Below are positions 47,857-62,015 of a stretch of 64,000 nucleotides of DNA, piece by piece. A model generated the notes under the pieces. The model was not told where the DNA came from, ran no database searches, and was given only the letters and a program-made list of their open reading frames with translations. How positions within the stretch are numbered: the stretch's first letter is position 1; the number at the start of each line of letters is the position of its first letter. Origin of the DNA: Vicugna vicugna (Eukaryota); assembly GCA_013265495.1 (NCBI GenBank), contig MU059523.1, positions 7,941,503-8,005,502 on the forward strand. The letters are read 5' to 3'. A program made the translations under genes and the position numbers.

Positions 47857-50649
47857 CTAAAGATGGCAAGAATAAACAAATATTAAAAGAGATATTCATC
47901 ATTTCAGGAAGAAAATCATATGTTAAAGTTAAAATTCTATATATAGCATACATTGCAATTTAAATTAAGAATTAAAAATACATAAGCTCTAATAATCTTC
48001 ATATCTTTTCGAAACCAGGGATTATGCTTTATTTTTGTTGACGTATTCCCAGCACGGAGAGCAGTATAGGCACATATCAAACATTCAATAAAGGTGAATT
48101 AAATATATACCAGTTTACCTTTTATAACTTTCCATTTCTTTATTATTCTTTATATAGAATTAGAACAAAATTGTGGAAGAGTTTTAGCCTCCCTTTGATC
48201 TGCTTTTATGAAGAAGGGAAGCCGCAACACTTCCTATTAGCCATGACATTACTGCTTTGATGGTCACAACTGAAAAATCTAACTTGCACCTACTGACTGG
48301 AGTTCTGAAACAAGAGCCCAGCTGCCAACAAAATGCCAGCAGCATTTTGACATTTTTTTCTTAATGTTGCTCCCATTAAAGCAAGGAGACGTAGTGTCGC
48401 ATTACACATTGCACAAAGGAGACTAGACATAATCTATAATTATACATTCAGTCTGTTTCTGGGCTAGATCAGAAAATCCCTCCTTAAAAAACCTCCTGGG
48501 CTTTCATGGGAAGTCTTGGACTGGACAGAAGCCATATTTTCCTTTTCCTGAATTGTTCATTTTATTTCTGGGATCAGGACAACTCTAAATTAAGAGATTT
48601 ATATGTTTGACTTCATTCTATGGATTCTAGTCCAGATTAGACATAGGGTTGTCATTATGAACCAAAATAGGGGTGTGGGGCCAGTCATTTTTAATCCTGC
48701 AAATTAGATATGGAACAGAATAAACAACAGGAATCTAAATTTTACCACAATGCCGTTTCTCAGAAATATCTTCTCCAGTGAGCCACCAAAGAACAAGGTT
48801 GAACCTGAGTTTGTAACTTGTTTAAGAGACACAGAAAATGAAGTCACCTCTGCTAAGGGGTGGGAAAAGGGCAAAAAGATTCGGGAGTATTGAAAGAAGT
48901 TTGATGTCTGAATTCTTGCTCTGGGAATACAAAATTCCAGTTTCTAAGACTGGGAAACAAAGTTTCCCCAGTCTTACTTCATAAAATCACCCAATATTAT
49001 CTCAGGATAGTTAACAAAATTTCAGCTGATGCAGAGGGCACAAAATTTTGCGTCCACCATGGAAAAGAAGGTGTTTCATCTTCAACAATATGTTGTGATT
49101 TCAGCAGAGCAGAGAAATATCTCTAATAGCAGGTTTCATGGAGGATGGTAGAATATTTAAAAATCAGCAATAATAACTAGAAAGTAAAGACAAGAGAAGG
49201 ATGTTACATGTGGTACTTGGTGCAGCACCATCCAGGCCCCACAGTACACAGCGGACTCCACGCGTGGCTGTACCTTACATGATCTGTGCTTAGTATTAAC
49301 TGGTGCTGAAGAGCCGTGGTAGGAGTAGACCGGGGCTACAATAAGTTCAGCACATAGTAAGTACTCAATAAACATGCCTGCAGGTCTGAATGAACAGAAG
49401 GCAGAGAAAAGGAAGAATGCGGGGAAGAAGGAAGATGGAGTCTGGCAGTGGAAAAAAAGTGCTCACAAAGCCTAATTTTTATTCTTGTCGGGAAGTGACT
49501 ACTGAAAACTCTTAGAATGCTTTCTCAAGCAAATAGCTTGGGAAACAAGTCTTATGTCTATAAAATGTGCTTTTTTTTTACTCTTCAATATACTTCTATA
49601 CAAACACCACAGGAAGATAAAAGGTGAACCATTCGAGGTACTCAAGGTAACTACGTGAGTTAAAAGAAGACAGAGATACGTCCATTAAAATGACCAAACT
49701 GGTTCTTAAAGAGTTAATAACTTCACATGTAAAATGACGTAGAAGGATACTGTGTAGGAAACTGAAAATAAGTCAGGTTGCAGAGAAAATAAATGTCAAA
49801 CAAAAATAATAAAGCAAAGAGAATCTTTTCATCTATGTTTTTTGTTTCCACTATACAGATTTTTTCTCTTCATTGTTTTCTCACCTTTTATTTTAGAAAA
49901 TACTTGAAAGTCTATTTTATAAACAAGTAAATGGGTCTTTGTTAATATAAACAACTCTTTTTCCATGATACATCACATATTCAGGTGCACCATTGGAACT
50001 GCCTTGATTATATCACTGCGAAGATGATTTCACATTATTGTTACTGCTTGAAGGAATCCATTCATTTTTCTCTGTCTCTGTAGAACTTTTATCTCTATGT
50101 GAATACTTTCTGATTTAAACTGTAAATTCTAACAAATATTTGACAGAAATAAGATGTCTTGAGACAGAAACTTATTTGCATTTAAAAGCCCTTCGTCTTC
50201 CAGTGAAATTTGTTTGCTTTGAGGGTATGTAGTTTAATAGAAACAATGAAGTGAGTCTAAAAGTTAAGCAAAACTTTTAAAGGCTCTTCCCCATCAATCA
50301 CATTTTTATAGCACAGTTTTGCAGAGGGAACATATTTAGTTATGTTATTAATATCTCTCTATTAGTAAAACAAGACTTTTAAAGCTCTTCCATCAATCAC
50401 AGGTCCTTATAGCACATTGTATTACATAAAACACACAGTAAAGCTATGAATATCTCTAATCTCCAACCAGATTCTTTATGGCGGTTGTTATGAGGTGTTT
50501 TTTTTTAGCAACATGTTTGACCTGAGTTAGGAATATTGTCTATGTGCATTAAATTGAGGAATGCTCGCTCCCTAAGGGAATCAGATATGTGGTCCTGACC
50601 TTAATAATAATGGCTCCAAACTACTAAGCTTACTTCATAACTTAAAAAA

Positions 50650-50960
50650 AGTACAATTATTTCTTTCCTAGAGCATCTTATCCTACCAGAAAGTATGGTC
50701 ATGCTAGAAAACAAACAAAGTAACAAGCAAAAACATCAACAAAAAAAATGAAAAGAATATTTCAGGATGAAAAGAATATTTCAAAGAGGCCAATTGAAAG
50801 AGCTAACAATTTGAGTAACAAAATAAATAGTGTAACATTGGCTTAATTAATGCCAAAATATAAAATAACTATGAGGCTGTACTTATATAAATAAATGATT
50901 GAGTAAATTACAAAAAGTGAGAGAAAACAGACAACTCTATTCAAATTCCAAATAAATCAA
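50650..50960 (+). mobile_element. L1MC 3' fragment
   Basis: atttcaaagaggccaattgaaagagctaacaatttgagtaacaaaataaatagtgtaacattgg...ataaataaatgattgagtaaatt. Confidence 0.6.
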
Positions 50961-51149
50961 CTTTTTTCTATTAAAAACAGCATGATGCAAAAATCAAACA
51001 AGAACAATGAAGAGCCCTGCATTTGATCTTAACTTTGACATAATGTCAGTTTATTTAAAGTATGAAAGTCTTTCTTTTTCAGCAGTCCTTCCCATTATTT
51101 TGCTAAAGTGCAACAGAATTATTCATGTTCATTTTTGGGTCACAGTGTA

Positions 51150-52110
51150 GAGTTTTTTTTTTTTTTAACCTGTAACACAGATATAGAAAAGCACACAAAT
51201 CATAAGTGTTCACAAATCTTATATGAGATTTTCAAACACGTGAAACTATATAACCACCCAGGTCCACATATGGAACATTTCCCAGGAGGCTTCATTTTTT
51301 TCCTTTCCAGCCAACCCCAGAGGCTCTGGCTGTGCTGATCACCATCACTACAAGCGGTCTTACTTGTCCTTGAAATTCCCATAAATGGCATCGTGCAACG
51401 TGGAGTCTTTGGTGTCTTGTTTCTTTCACTCATTACGTCAGCATGATTCATCCATGTTGCCGTGTGGTGGCAGTTCTTTCTTTTTATGTTTCCGGCTGTA
51501 TTTCATTTTATGACTATGCCCCAGTTTATTTCTTCATTCTACTCTTCATGACATTTGGGTTGTTTCTAGTTTTAGGCTAATAAAATAAACCTGTCATAAC
51601 CATTCTTGAAGTGCCTTATACACTGATTTCTCTTGAATATTTGCCTTATGTTGGAATTGCTGGGTAATAGGATAAGTGTATATATAACTTTGGTAGACAT
51701 TGTCAAAAGTTTTCTAAAATGATAGCATTATTTTCTCATATACCAGCAATATATAAAGTTCCAGTTGTCTTACACCGTTGGCAAAATTTGATGTTATCAT
51801 TCTTTTTAATTTTAGCCATTAGTAGGTATGTAGAGATATCTTATTTAAAATTCTTTTTCATTGTGGTTTTGTTTTACATTCCCCAATGATTAACATTGTT
51901 ATGTACATATTCATAGGCTTATTGGTCAGATGAAGATCCTGGTTGGTGAAATGTCCAGGCAATAGTTTTCCCTGTTTTTTTCTATTGTAGGAGTTCTTTC
52001 TATGGTCTTGACAGGAGCTCTTTGCTGAGATACGCATTGCAAGTATCTTCTTGCCATGTATGACTTGCCTTTTCAGTGGCTCTCTGTGGTATCTTTCATT
52101 GTTATTGTTT
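51150..52110 (-). mobile_element. L1ME-type 3' fragment
   Basis: Begins with a T-run; ctttcactcattacgtcagcatgattcatccatgttgc, ggaattgctgggtaatagg and ccagcaatatataaagttccagttg are typical reverse L1M 3' motifs. Confidence 0.8.
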
Positions 52111-52859
52111 TGTTGGTAATTTGATTCCTAGTTTGTTTAACTTTACGACAATAAGAAAAAATGGGATTTGATATATTTAGATTGCTTCAAGAAGGATTCG
52201 TTTTAACCATGAATCTGTGCTTTGGAATCGTGCATACATTGAGACCCTGGGAACTTTTAAGCAATATCTTGTTTGTTATTACAACGCGCAGCAATGTTTT
52301 AAGGCTCCTCCTAGCACTACAATTCTTTATCAATAACTCAAGTATCACTGTGGAAATTTCCATTTTGTGAAACATTCAGCTCTCCATTCTCCATGATTTT
52401 ATTCTACACAGTATAGTTCTAAAAAGTTTTAAGAATGGTAGCTATAAATATAATTACCATCATTACAATAATGAATCATAGAGTAATCTTAACAAAACAG
52501 AGCTGCTGTTCCATTGCTAAATCCCTACACCCAACACACCCTGTATTTTTAGACTGTGCAGAGCACACAAGAGCTTTCTTCTAAGAACTTACATCAGACA
52601 GACATTCGGATGGCATCCAGATGTGCAGGCTTCTATGTATTAACTTGAGAAACAAGGAAATACATACAGTCAAATCTGTATCAAATGACACTCTGTCACC
52701 TAGAATACCCTATAAAACAGTGCTGCTGACGTCCTATTTTTTTTTCCAATTCAGTAGCCAGGGGTAGTTAGAATCAAAACAGAGTAATCGGATGTGTTAG
52801 GGATTTCCGTAAGGCCGATAATTTTAAGAAAGAACACGGTAAAAATAGGAGACAATATT

Positions 52860-53040
52860 TATTAAATTCTTGCTGGTTTTACGTATTGCTCTAAGTGATT
52901 TACAAGTATTTATTTTATCCTCACAAAATCCTAGGCCACAGCTATTATTACTATTCTGCCTTGTAGAAGACATTGAGTAATACGCCAAGGACCACTCACT
53001 CACAAGGGGAGGAACTATGGTTTGTCAGGCAGCCCGTCTT
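52860..53040 (-). mobile_element. MIR SINE
   Basis: ctaagtgatttacaagtatttattttatcctcacaaaatccta...acgccaaggaccac. Confidence 0.55.
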
Positions 53041-53619
53041 CTAACTTAGGGTGTTGATGGATTCGAAGATGCCATCTTACCTTTACAAATACCTAGAATC
53101 ACCATAAACCCTGGAGATTTTGATGTTACCTATTAATTTGTTCTTTCCAACTTTACACATTTTGAGAGCTTGACATGTAAGGCGGCAAACGTGGCTGTTT
53201 TTATTCCCCCCACAGCAATTAATTTTAAAGATCTGAATCTGACAGTCTTTACATTGGCATCCATGCTCCATGCTGCCAGTTTTTAAAACATGCTACTTCA
53301 TACAATTAGGCTATCTGACTGGCACTGTAAATCAGTAAAATCTGAGATCTTTGAACTGCAAAGAAAAGAGAAGGAGACCAGCATGTGCTGTGGTTGTTTG
53401 CGGGAGTGGGTATGTCTTGTGTTATAGGGGTCAGTGTTGATGTGTGCCCTTTACTTCTTCCTTTTAAAGAAATGTTTCTGGCCATTTGTTTCTTCAGTGA
53501 TATCTCCAGTTCTCCCTGAATAGCCCCCAAAGGAACATTGTAATTGAATTTGACAAGTTGAAAGTGGCATGTGGAAAGAAAGAGAAAGGGAGTAAGATTT
53601 ATTAAGTGCACATAATAAG

Positions 53620-53830
53620 CAGGTACTTCACATACTACATCTCATTTATTCCTGGAGGAGAACAAGCAAAGAATAAACTTGAATTTGGTTCTATTTTCCC
53701 AAATATACAAGAGAATGAAGACAGTGGAGCTTAGAGGGGGGAAATACATTGCCCAAGCCTCAGAGCTAGAATACGTCTAAAGAAACTAACCATTATGTTT
53801 GACTTCCAAACCATTGCTCATTCAACTTCA
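53620..53830 (-). mobile_element. MIR SINE
   Basis: catctcatttattcctgg...tacattgcccaagcctcagagctagaa...tgacttccaaacc. Confidence 0.5.
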
Positions 53831-54769
53831 CCAAGGGGCCTCCCTATTACCTGGATCAAAATCACAAAAGCTTATTAGCAGTTAGAATTAACCTCACCCT
53901 TACATTCTGCAATTCTGCCTATGCTTTGGATTGAAAACAGTCACTTTTAGTATTTTATAACATTTTAAATCTAAAATTTTACCTATTTCAGGCAAATAGC
54001 TATTGCTTTTTTACTTTGATGTACTTCTGAAATTATTTACATTTTTAACTAATTTGAATGCCACATTTTATGCAATATACATATTTTCAGGGCAGATTAT
54101 TACACAGCAAGATATTTACTGCTGTGGAATTCTTCAAAAAACACAAGATTCTAGTTAAAAATACATAAAACGGATCTTGCTTGTGTTTACTATATGTGAA
54201 CCAATTGCTATGAAAATACAGCTGCTTTAACAATAATTACCCCAAAATTATTTTGAAAACTAAGAAATATAATGGTTCTTTTACGTACTAATCTAATTTT
54301 ATCTTCAATTATCAGCATTCGTTTACATGTCTGGTAAATAAGAAGCACTTTCTCTTCATCAGAAATTAGTGTAAAAGGTAAATGTGCAAGAAAACAAATG
54401 AGATCTTAAAGGATAACTAAATGACTTGGAGTATACTGATAAATAAGCCTCCAAGTCAACATGAACTCATTTCCTCAGAGAACCCCATGACATAGACACA
54501 AATATGAAGGGCATGATGGGGAACTGGTGGCTGAATACGTACAGCAGTTAATACAAATCATGCATTGTAAAGCTGGGGCCTGAAGATACTTGACAAGGGT
54601 ATTGGGCTTCAGGTAGCTGCCCCGAACCTGTTGGAAGTTGCACACAAACAGGTGTATACTGTCCCTGTGTCTCATGTGAGACAGATGGCAGTGCTCACAA
54701 GATTTCCAAAGGGGCCATTGTCAGCAACAGGGTAAGTGCCATTGGTCTAAATGTAGTATGGCTGTGATG

Positions 54770-54950
54770 ATGATGATCGCTAATACTTACTGAATGTTTT
54801 TTGTCTTTTCACATTTAATGATAACAACCACCCCATGAAATAGTTATATTATTAACCCAGCAGTATAGATGAGCCAAATGAGCTTAAAAGAGATTGTCAT
54901 TTCACAAAAATCACATAGCACGTGGGAAGTGAGCCCAATATTTAACAGCA
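54770..54950 (-). mobile_element. MIR SINE
   Basis: tcacatttaatgataacaaccacccc atgaaatag...tatagatgagccaaatgagctt...aaatcacatagc. Confidence 0.55.
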
Positions 54951-54959
54951 TTTAAACAG

Positions 54960-55470
54960 TCTGTTCCTAGAGTGACAGTGTCTAACATGGTAGCCACTAG
55001 CGACATGGAGTTAGTGACCACTAGACATGTGGCAAGAGTGACTGAGAAAATAAATTTTTAATAGGTTTCACTGTCACCATTTAAGTTTAAAGTTAAAAGC
55101 TGGTAACTGAGCTATTAGAAAATGTTAAATTGTTTGGAAAAGCTTGGATAGGTGAATATGCATTTTCAACTGTAAGTTTCATGAAATCTATAAACAGATC
55201 AAGGATTTTTATAAAAAAAATAGCATCCCAATTGAGATATTCTGTAATTATTAAAAATATACCAGATTCTGAAGACTTAATACAAAAAATAATGTAAACC
55301 ATCTCATTAATGATGTTTTTATATTGATTACATGTTGAAATTATATGTTGAATACACTTAGTTAACAAATTTATTATACTTAATTTCACATATTTCTTTT
55401 TATTTTTAAATGTGACTACTAGAAAATTTAAAATAAATATGTGATTCACACTACATTTCTACTGGACGGA
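54960..55470. mobile_element. Charlie1/MER33-type hAT-Charlie deletion derivative
   Basis: tctaacatggtagccactagc...ttttcaactgtaagtttcatgaaatcta...tatattgattacatgttgaaat...atgtgactactagaaaatttaaaat...catttctactggac. Confidence 0.85.
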
Positions 55471-56184
55471 GAACACTGCCATAGAACAAACATGATTTAA
55501 TACGTAAGAGGACTGGCAAACAGAATTCAGCTCTAGATTTTTTTTTAAAACCTTCATGTTAAATATGTTATTTACTGAAGAACTCAGCAAGAAAAACATA
55601 AAGAATAATTTTTCGACATTTATTTAAACTTTGAAGAGAGAGGTGAAACAGAATGAGAAACTTCCATAGAAGAGTAAAATGTGGTTTACTTTGACTCCTG
55701 GAAAGAGTAAATTTAGATCCCAAGACTTCCATGAAGAGTAAATCAATATCTGAAAATTGCTAACCAAAGTTTCTTAAGAGACCTCACTGAAAAGTTCTAA
55801 GGAAGCCATCTGCAATCATACCTTCAAGACCACTACATGAAGTCTGTGGGCAATAAATAAAATAGCCTCCATATCAGCGTCTAAGCAGTCTTTAGTGTCC
55901 TAGGTGAGGGCTCTTATGAAACGACTGCTGAAGGGTCCAACACAGGGCAGGGTGCATAGAAAATGCCCAGAGTCGGGTAAAGTCAGGGTTTGTTGGTATG
56001 CTGCAGAACTGTTCTGGGGAAATAACAGAACATATTCAAGATGAGTCTGTGGGACCTCACCCTTATCATGGCTCTCAAGTAGACAGCACCGATTAAAAAA
56101 AAAAAAAAAAGGCTTCAGTGACCTACCAAAGACAGCAGTCTCCTCTCTGGATATATTTATGGCATTTTTTTCTAAAGTACAGTT

Positions 56185-56310
56185 TACTAGGCTCCAGTCC
56201 AGATTCAGAGAATCTGAATCTAAATCTTCAGGGGATATGACTCAAGAGCTGTGCTTTTAATAACACACTCCGAGTCATAAGCAGTCAGATGTGGAAACCA
56301 TGGTTCCTAA
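56185..56310. mobile_element. MER5A/B-like MITE fragment
   Basis: ggctccagtccagattcagagaatctgaatct...gatgtggaaaccatggttct. Confidence 0.55.
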
Positions 56311-56425
56311 AATAAAGCAGTATCTGAAAGTTTATAGTTCAAGAAGCAAGATACATAATATAGGTACATATTCATTATAAGATAACTGTAAAGAATAAAA
56401 TAAACATGGCAGAATCTCTCTCTCC

Positions 56426-56466
56426 TGTGTGTGTGTGTGTGTGTGTATGTGTGTGTGTGTGTGTGT
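56426..56466. repeat. (TG)n microsatellite with one interruption
   Basis: About 20 TG units with one TA. Confidence 0.95.
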
Positions 56467-56469
56467 CTG

Positions 56470-56680
56470 TATATGGGCTCAATCCCTAATTCCAAAACTG
56501 ACTGACTTGGTGACTGTAGTAAGTGACCCATACTCTTCAATCTTAACATTTTCACCTGTAAAATTGAGATAACACTAGCAACTCTATCATAGATAATTGT
56601 GATGATTAAATTAAATAACCAAGTAAAGCACTTAACAAAGTTCACTAAATGTTACCTATTATTAACCATTATAACTAACA
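56470..56680 (+). mobile_element. MIR SINE
   Basis: ttttcacctgtaaaattgagataacactag...tgtgatgattaaattaaataac...aaagcacttaac. Confidence 0.7.
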
Positions 56681-58919
56681 GTTGTATTATAAAACAATAT
56701 CTGTTAAAATCAAATGAATGGTAAAGACCATATATTCTATAAAATTTCAAAGAAAGACTTCAAGGTAATTTGTTAAGAAGATATTAGGTCAGATTAAAAA
56801 AAAAGTTGAGTGGGAACCGGTTATTAAATATCAAAATCATAATGGGTGCAGGGATTCAGAAGATAAAAATGACAAGACAGTCTTAGTGAAATTTCCTTTT
56901 GGCTAAAGTCAATGAATAAAAGATAAGATTCTTATAATAAAGCTGTCCTAATGGTATAGTAAATTTGGAAGGTGAATTGTAAATTACATATTCCATTTTT
57001 TTAAAGGAAACACATGGGGGAAATTTAAAAAATTTCCTCAGCATTTCCAACTGGCTTATACTGATCTGCTAGTTTGTCTTCTTAATTGCAAGATGGTTGA
57101 CTGCATGTGTAAGTAAATCAACCCATACAAATCTTAATGTTTGAAAATGTTATAAACATTTATCCAAATATTGACTAACACATTAGGTACCTGCTTCAAT
57201 CTCTTAAACTCAAAGCATTTCCCCTGATTTCTGTGTCTCTATTAGGGAGGATTTATGATATACTGTTTCTCTAGTTGAGATAATGTGTCTTATTTTTCAA
57301 GACAGTGTTTATAACCCCTAAATAATTTGAATATAAAAATAATATAATAAAATTCAAAGATAAGAAATACTTACCTTTAACATTTATTTTGGGGAAGTTA
57401 ATGGAGTTAGAGATAAGAAAATGAGGACTGATGAATTAATAGAGGGAGATTCGATCTTAGTTTACTGTAGTTTTCCATCTCATTAAAGAAGAGTAATCAA
57501 TTTTTCTTATTAGCAAACAAATTGTATTTTTAAAAACATCTTTAAAAACAAAATGAGTATACACATATCCTTTAAAATATGTAAAAGAAAAAAATCTCTA
57601 TATTTTTTCACCGTAATGAAAGTAATTTAATACATTTATATATTCTCTTAATATAATCTCTATTCACTTTAATATAATTGTAATCATAATACACATTCAA
57701 TATTTGTTTCTATTTTCCCTACTTTTAATAGTATAAAATATTTACCATTTTGAGCTATAGTCCTCATTGCTATTCTTTTTAATGGCTACACAATATTCCA
57801 CCTTGTGTTAATCATAGTTTATTAAGAAAAATTCAATAGAGAGAGAGAGAAAAATTGTCTGCAGTGGCCTCTTAAATATTGGCAAGCTTTAGCATTTTTC
57901 ACGATTTCTTGTTTTGAAACTCAGCTATACCATCAATTGCTAGATGCATAGTCTCTTCAAATTATGAGTTAAAAAGCAATCAGCCTAAAATCTTAGCATA
58001 TACAAATGGCAAAGTATGATTAAGTGGCTTGAATGAAATCTGCCTGTTTGCAAAGGATAGCTCAGAACAAGCTGAATATTGAGAGACAGATTCAACCATT
58101 TTAACGTTTTCTGTAGTTACAGTTCTCAGAAGCATCTAATTTGGTTTTGAGATAATAAATCACATTTAAACTTCACAATATGAATGCACACGAAGTTTGA
58201 AATTAATTTGGTCTTAGCATAGTCCTACTGTTTTGCTTTCCTAGAACAAAGGAACATATTACTCAGTTAGGTACCATGCAGGATGTCAGCAGATGACATA
58301 AAGTTCTCTCAGCATTCACTTAAATTTGCTTATATAGGAAAGAAAATGATGTAGAAGCAGACCAAAAAAACCCTAAATCAAAAAACTGTGTATTGACAAC
58401 GACAGTGTTCATTAGAGGCTTCATATCTCTGCCCGGTTCTGGAACCCCAGGCTGAAGCTCAGTTAGGATTTGTGTAAACACCAGCAGAGCACAGCTTCAG
58501 TGGCCGGCAAGCGGTAAGCAAGGTGTCAGAGTCATCTGCAGAATAGGAGGTAAGCCTACTTGACAAGGGAGAAACAGATTAATTTGGACTGTCAAATACA
58601 GCAAATACATCAGACAGCTAAACTAAAAAATTTTGCTAAAACAAGACCAGCAGATAGTATGTTGAATTAGAACATTTAACTCTGAGAGGTGATTTGGAGA
58701 ACTTGATAAAAACCTTTATTTGACATTTTACAATATAATCCACATAAATTCCTCTTCTTCATCAACAGGTCAGGAATGGAAATAATCCCTACGTAATAGT
58801 ATGTGCACATGTTACAAAGGACATGAGGAAATCAGGCCACACCCTAAAACCAGGCAGGAATTCTATGATGCATTACACATTCATTTACTTGCCACTTTAG
58901 CTAGATTTGTATGGAGCAT

Positions 58920-59275
58920 TGCATGTGTTGGCAGGCATGTGTGACACCTCTAAATTCATATTTTGAAGCCCTAACTCCTAGTACCTGAGAATGTGCCTGT
59001 ATTTGGAGACAGGACCTTTAAAGAGGGGATGAAGTTAAAATGAAGCTGTTAGAATGGGCCCTAATCCAGTCTGACCGCTATCCTTATACGAAGAGGAAAC
59101 TGGATACACAAAGAGAAAAGTGGTCTTCTGCTAGCCAGGGAGAGAGGCCTCAGAAGAATCTAAACTGGCCGACACCTTGATCTTGGACTTCCAACCTCCA
59201 GAAATGTGAGAAAATAAATTTCTGTTGTTTAAACCACGGTGGTATTTCGTGATCGCAGCCTGGCAAACTAATACA
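58920..59275 (+). mobile_element. MLT1A/MLT1B-like MaLR solo LTR
   Basis: aaattcatattttgaagccctaactcc...tgggccctaatccagtctgacc...caccttgatcttggacttccaacctccagaaatgtgagaaaataaatttctgttgtttaa...caaactaataca. Confidence 0.88.
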
Positions 59276-59614
59276 GCGACTTAGGCTGTGGCAGGCAGGA
59301 TGAAGCTGCCCCCTTCTGGGTATCTGCCAAGACATGGTGGTAATGGGAGCTGATGGGAGCAACTTAGCTTAGTGGTGTGGGTAATATTTATGATCCAGAT
59401 ACAGCTGGGATCCCTTTGAGGAGGTGTGGGACACAACTCACACACTTACAACTACCGAGCTCAGGTCTGGAGTGACATAAATTCAAAAAAATTTTTTTAC
59501 TTATGTGAAAAAAGGATTTTCTTTGTTTTTGTATCGAGTGTGAAGCATCACAGGCATTCAGGTGACAAGAGTCACGGGCAGATGGAAATGGCTCTGGAGA
59601 TCAGGACTAGCTAG

Positions 59615-60520
59615 TCACAATGTTGTGTAACCATCACCACTATCCATACCTAAAACGTTTGCATCAGTCTCAACAGAAGTTCTGTAACCTTTAAACTCTT
59701 AACTCCCCCTTTCTCCCTCCTCTTAATCCTCAATAACTTCTATTCTATGTTCTGTTGCTATGAATTTGCCTATTCCAGGGGCCTCATAAGTGGAATTATA
59801 CAATATTAGCATAGGACCAATTTTTGAAGTCCTAGAAATAAGCACTGACATCCACGGAAATACTGAATGGCGGGGGGCGAGGGGGGGAGTAGCGAAGCAC
59901 CGTTAGGAGAAATCAGGGAAAAGGCCCAGTAACCTGGCTCCTGCTCAGTGACACAAACCATCTTCCCCATGCCACTGATGACACTGCCAGGTGCCCGATT
60001 CCCTTTTATTCACATCTTCCCTGACACTCATGAAATCTTGTCTTTTGATAATAGCCATTCTAACAGGTGTGGGGCGCTATCTCATTGTGGTTTTGATTTG
60101 CGTTTCTCTAATATTAGTGATGCTGAGCACCCTTCCATATACACCTGCTGGACATCTGAACATCTTCTTGGTCCTTTGCCCACATTTTAATCAGACTATT
60201 TGTTTTCTTGCTATTGAGTTGAATGAGTTCCTTATATACTTGGAATACTAACCCTTTATCAGATGCGTGGGTTGCAAAAATTTTTCTCCCATTCCATAGG
60301 TTGTCTTTTCTTGTGTTGATGATTTCTTTTGTTGTGCACAAGCTTTTCAGTTTGATGTAGTATCACCTTTTACTTTTGACTTTATTGCTTGTGCTTTAGG
60401 TATCAGATCCAAAAAAAAATCATTACAGCAAGACCCATGTCAAGAAGCTTTTTCCTATGTTTTCTTCTAAGAGTTTTATGATCCCAGGTCCATACATTTC
60501 AATCTTTAATCCATTCTGAA
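59615..60520 (-). mobile_element. L1MA/L1MB-type 3' fragment with an internal deletion replaced by non-L1 sequence
   Basis: gtgtaaccatcaccactatcca...cataagtggaattatacaatatt (to about 59807), then resumes at cttttgataatagccattctaacaggtgtgggg...gttgagttc...tttgactttattgcttgtgcttt. Confidence 0.85.
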
Positions 60521-61214
60521 TTTCAGTGTAGTCTGCTTTTCTCTGGCAATTAACTATATGTGACTTCCTACATTTCTTGTATTTTTAGTAATGTATTTTA
60601 ACCTTTCCTTTGTAGTTTTCCTTAAAAAGTATTTTTATCTTGTCTCTACAAGCATATAGTAAGCACTGTGAGATTGAAAACCACGTTTTACAATTTACCT
60701 TCCCATCACGCCTGGGTCAATACCTTGCACACATTAAGAAATCATTAACTGTTTTTGTCTGTTTGTTTTCTAGAAACTAGAGATGAAGTCGAAAAGCTCT
60801 AGGTTAAAAGAGAGAAGATAACCCAACTTCTTTGCTTGGTAATGTGACCAAGACCAGGCCACTTACATAAATTTTCTAGCCTTTGGTTACTGTGTCTCTT
60901 ACAAAAGTATCTGATAATTTAGAAGATCACACAATAGCTTTACAATACTATGATTCCAGTCTATTTTAATTAATCTTAACTAAACACATTTTCAGAAGGC
61001 ATTTAAAGAAATCAAGTATATACTTTAAAAAAATGATTCTGAATCACATTAAATAAATACTCATGCAAATTATGGTTTCTTCCTTAACAGTCTATTCGAC
61101 AAATTAAAGGTCAGAAGGACCTCAGCCCAATTCATGTTCTGTGAAAATGAAATATACTGACGTCCTATATTCTCCTGGAACACATGATCTGTACCTATTT
61201 TCAGCCCACGGCTC

Positions 61215-61346
61215 NNNNNNNNNNNNNNNNNNNNNNNNNNNNNNNNNNNNNNNNNNNNNNNNNNNNNNNNNNNNNNNNNNNNNNNNNNNNNNNNNNNNNN
61301 NNNNNNNNNNNNNNNNNNNNNNNNNNNNNNNNNNNNNNNNNNNNNN
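61215..61346. other. N gap (132 nt)
   Basis: Run of n in the sequence. Confidence 1.
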
Positions 61347-61791
61347 AAAATAGACCTTACTTTGTACACATTCCAACAGGCTCTCATAAGCAGAAGGGGA
61401 TGGTTCACTGAATTTTTCTAATTAGTTTTTAGTTTTAAAGATACTGCCTGCTTTTACTAAAGCGTCATCAGTCTCTGATCCTAACATTTCAATGCCAAGT
61501 TTAGAGGCTAAGACACTGTCTCCAGAAGACTGGCTGTTAAAATGGAGGCAGAGCCTATTAGCAGATTGCATGAATAAATTCAGAAAGAAATGAGACATAT
61601 GAGAAGCCTGGACTCGGTGTCCCTCCGGTGTAAGGCCTAACGCCCTCTGAATGACCCTCTCACAGCACTTATACACAGTTGTAATTGCTGATTTAAATTT
61701 CCGACTCTCACTTAGCTGTAAGAGCCATGAGGGCTGGGACATATTCTATTCTGCACTGAATCATAGCAGTACCAAGACTTAAATTGCACTG

Positions 61792-62015
61792 GCTACTTAC
61801 TGTGTGCCGGGCACTTTTCCAACTTTTTATATTTTTTGCTCATTCAATCTTATAACAATGCTGTGAGGTAGTTATCGTCCTCATTCATATTTAAAAATGC
61901 GGAAAGTGGAAAAGCATACAAGTTACAAAGTAGCCCAAAGTTGTACACAGTAAGTCGTGGAGCTGGATTTAAAAGAGGCTGGTGGAACCAGGGCTTTGCC
62001 CTTAACCACCATAGT
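61792..62015 (-). mobile_element. MIR SINE
   Basis: acttactgtgtgccgggcact...ctcattcaatcttataacaatgctgtgaggtag...cccaaagttgtacacag. Confidence 0.7.
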
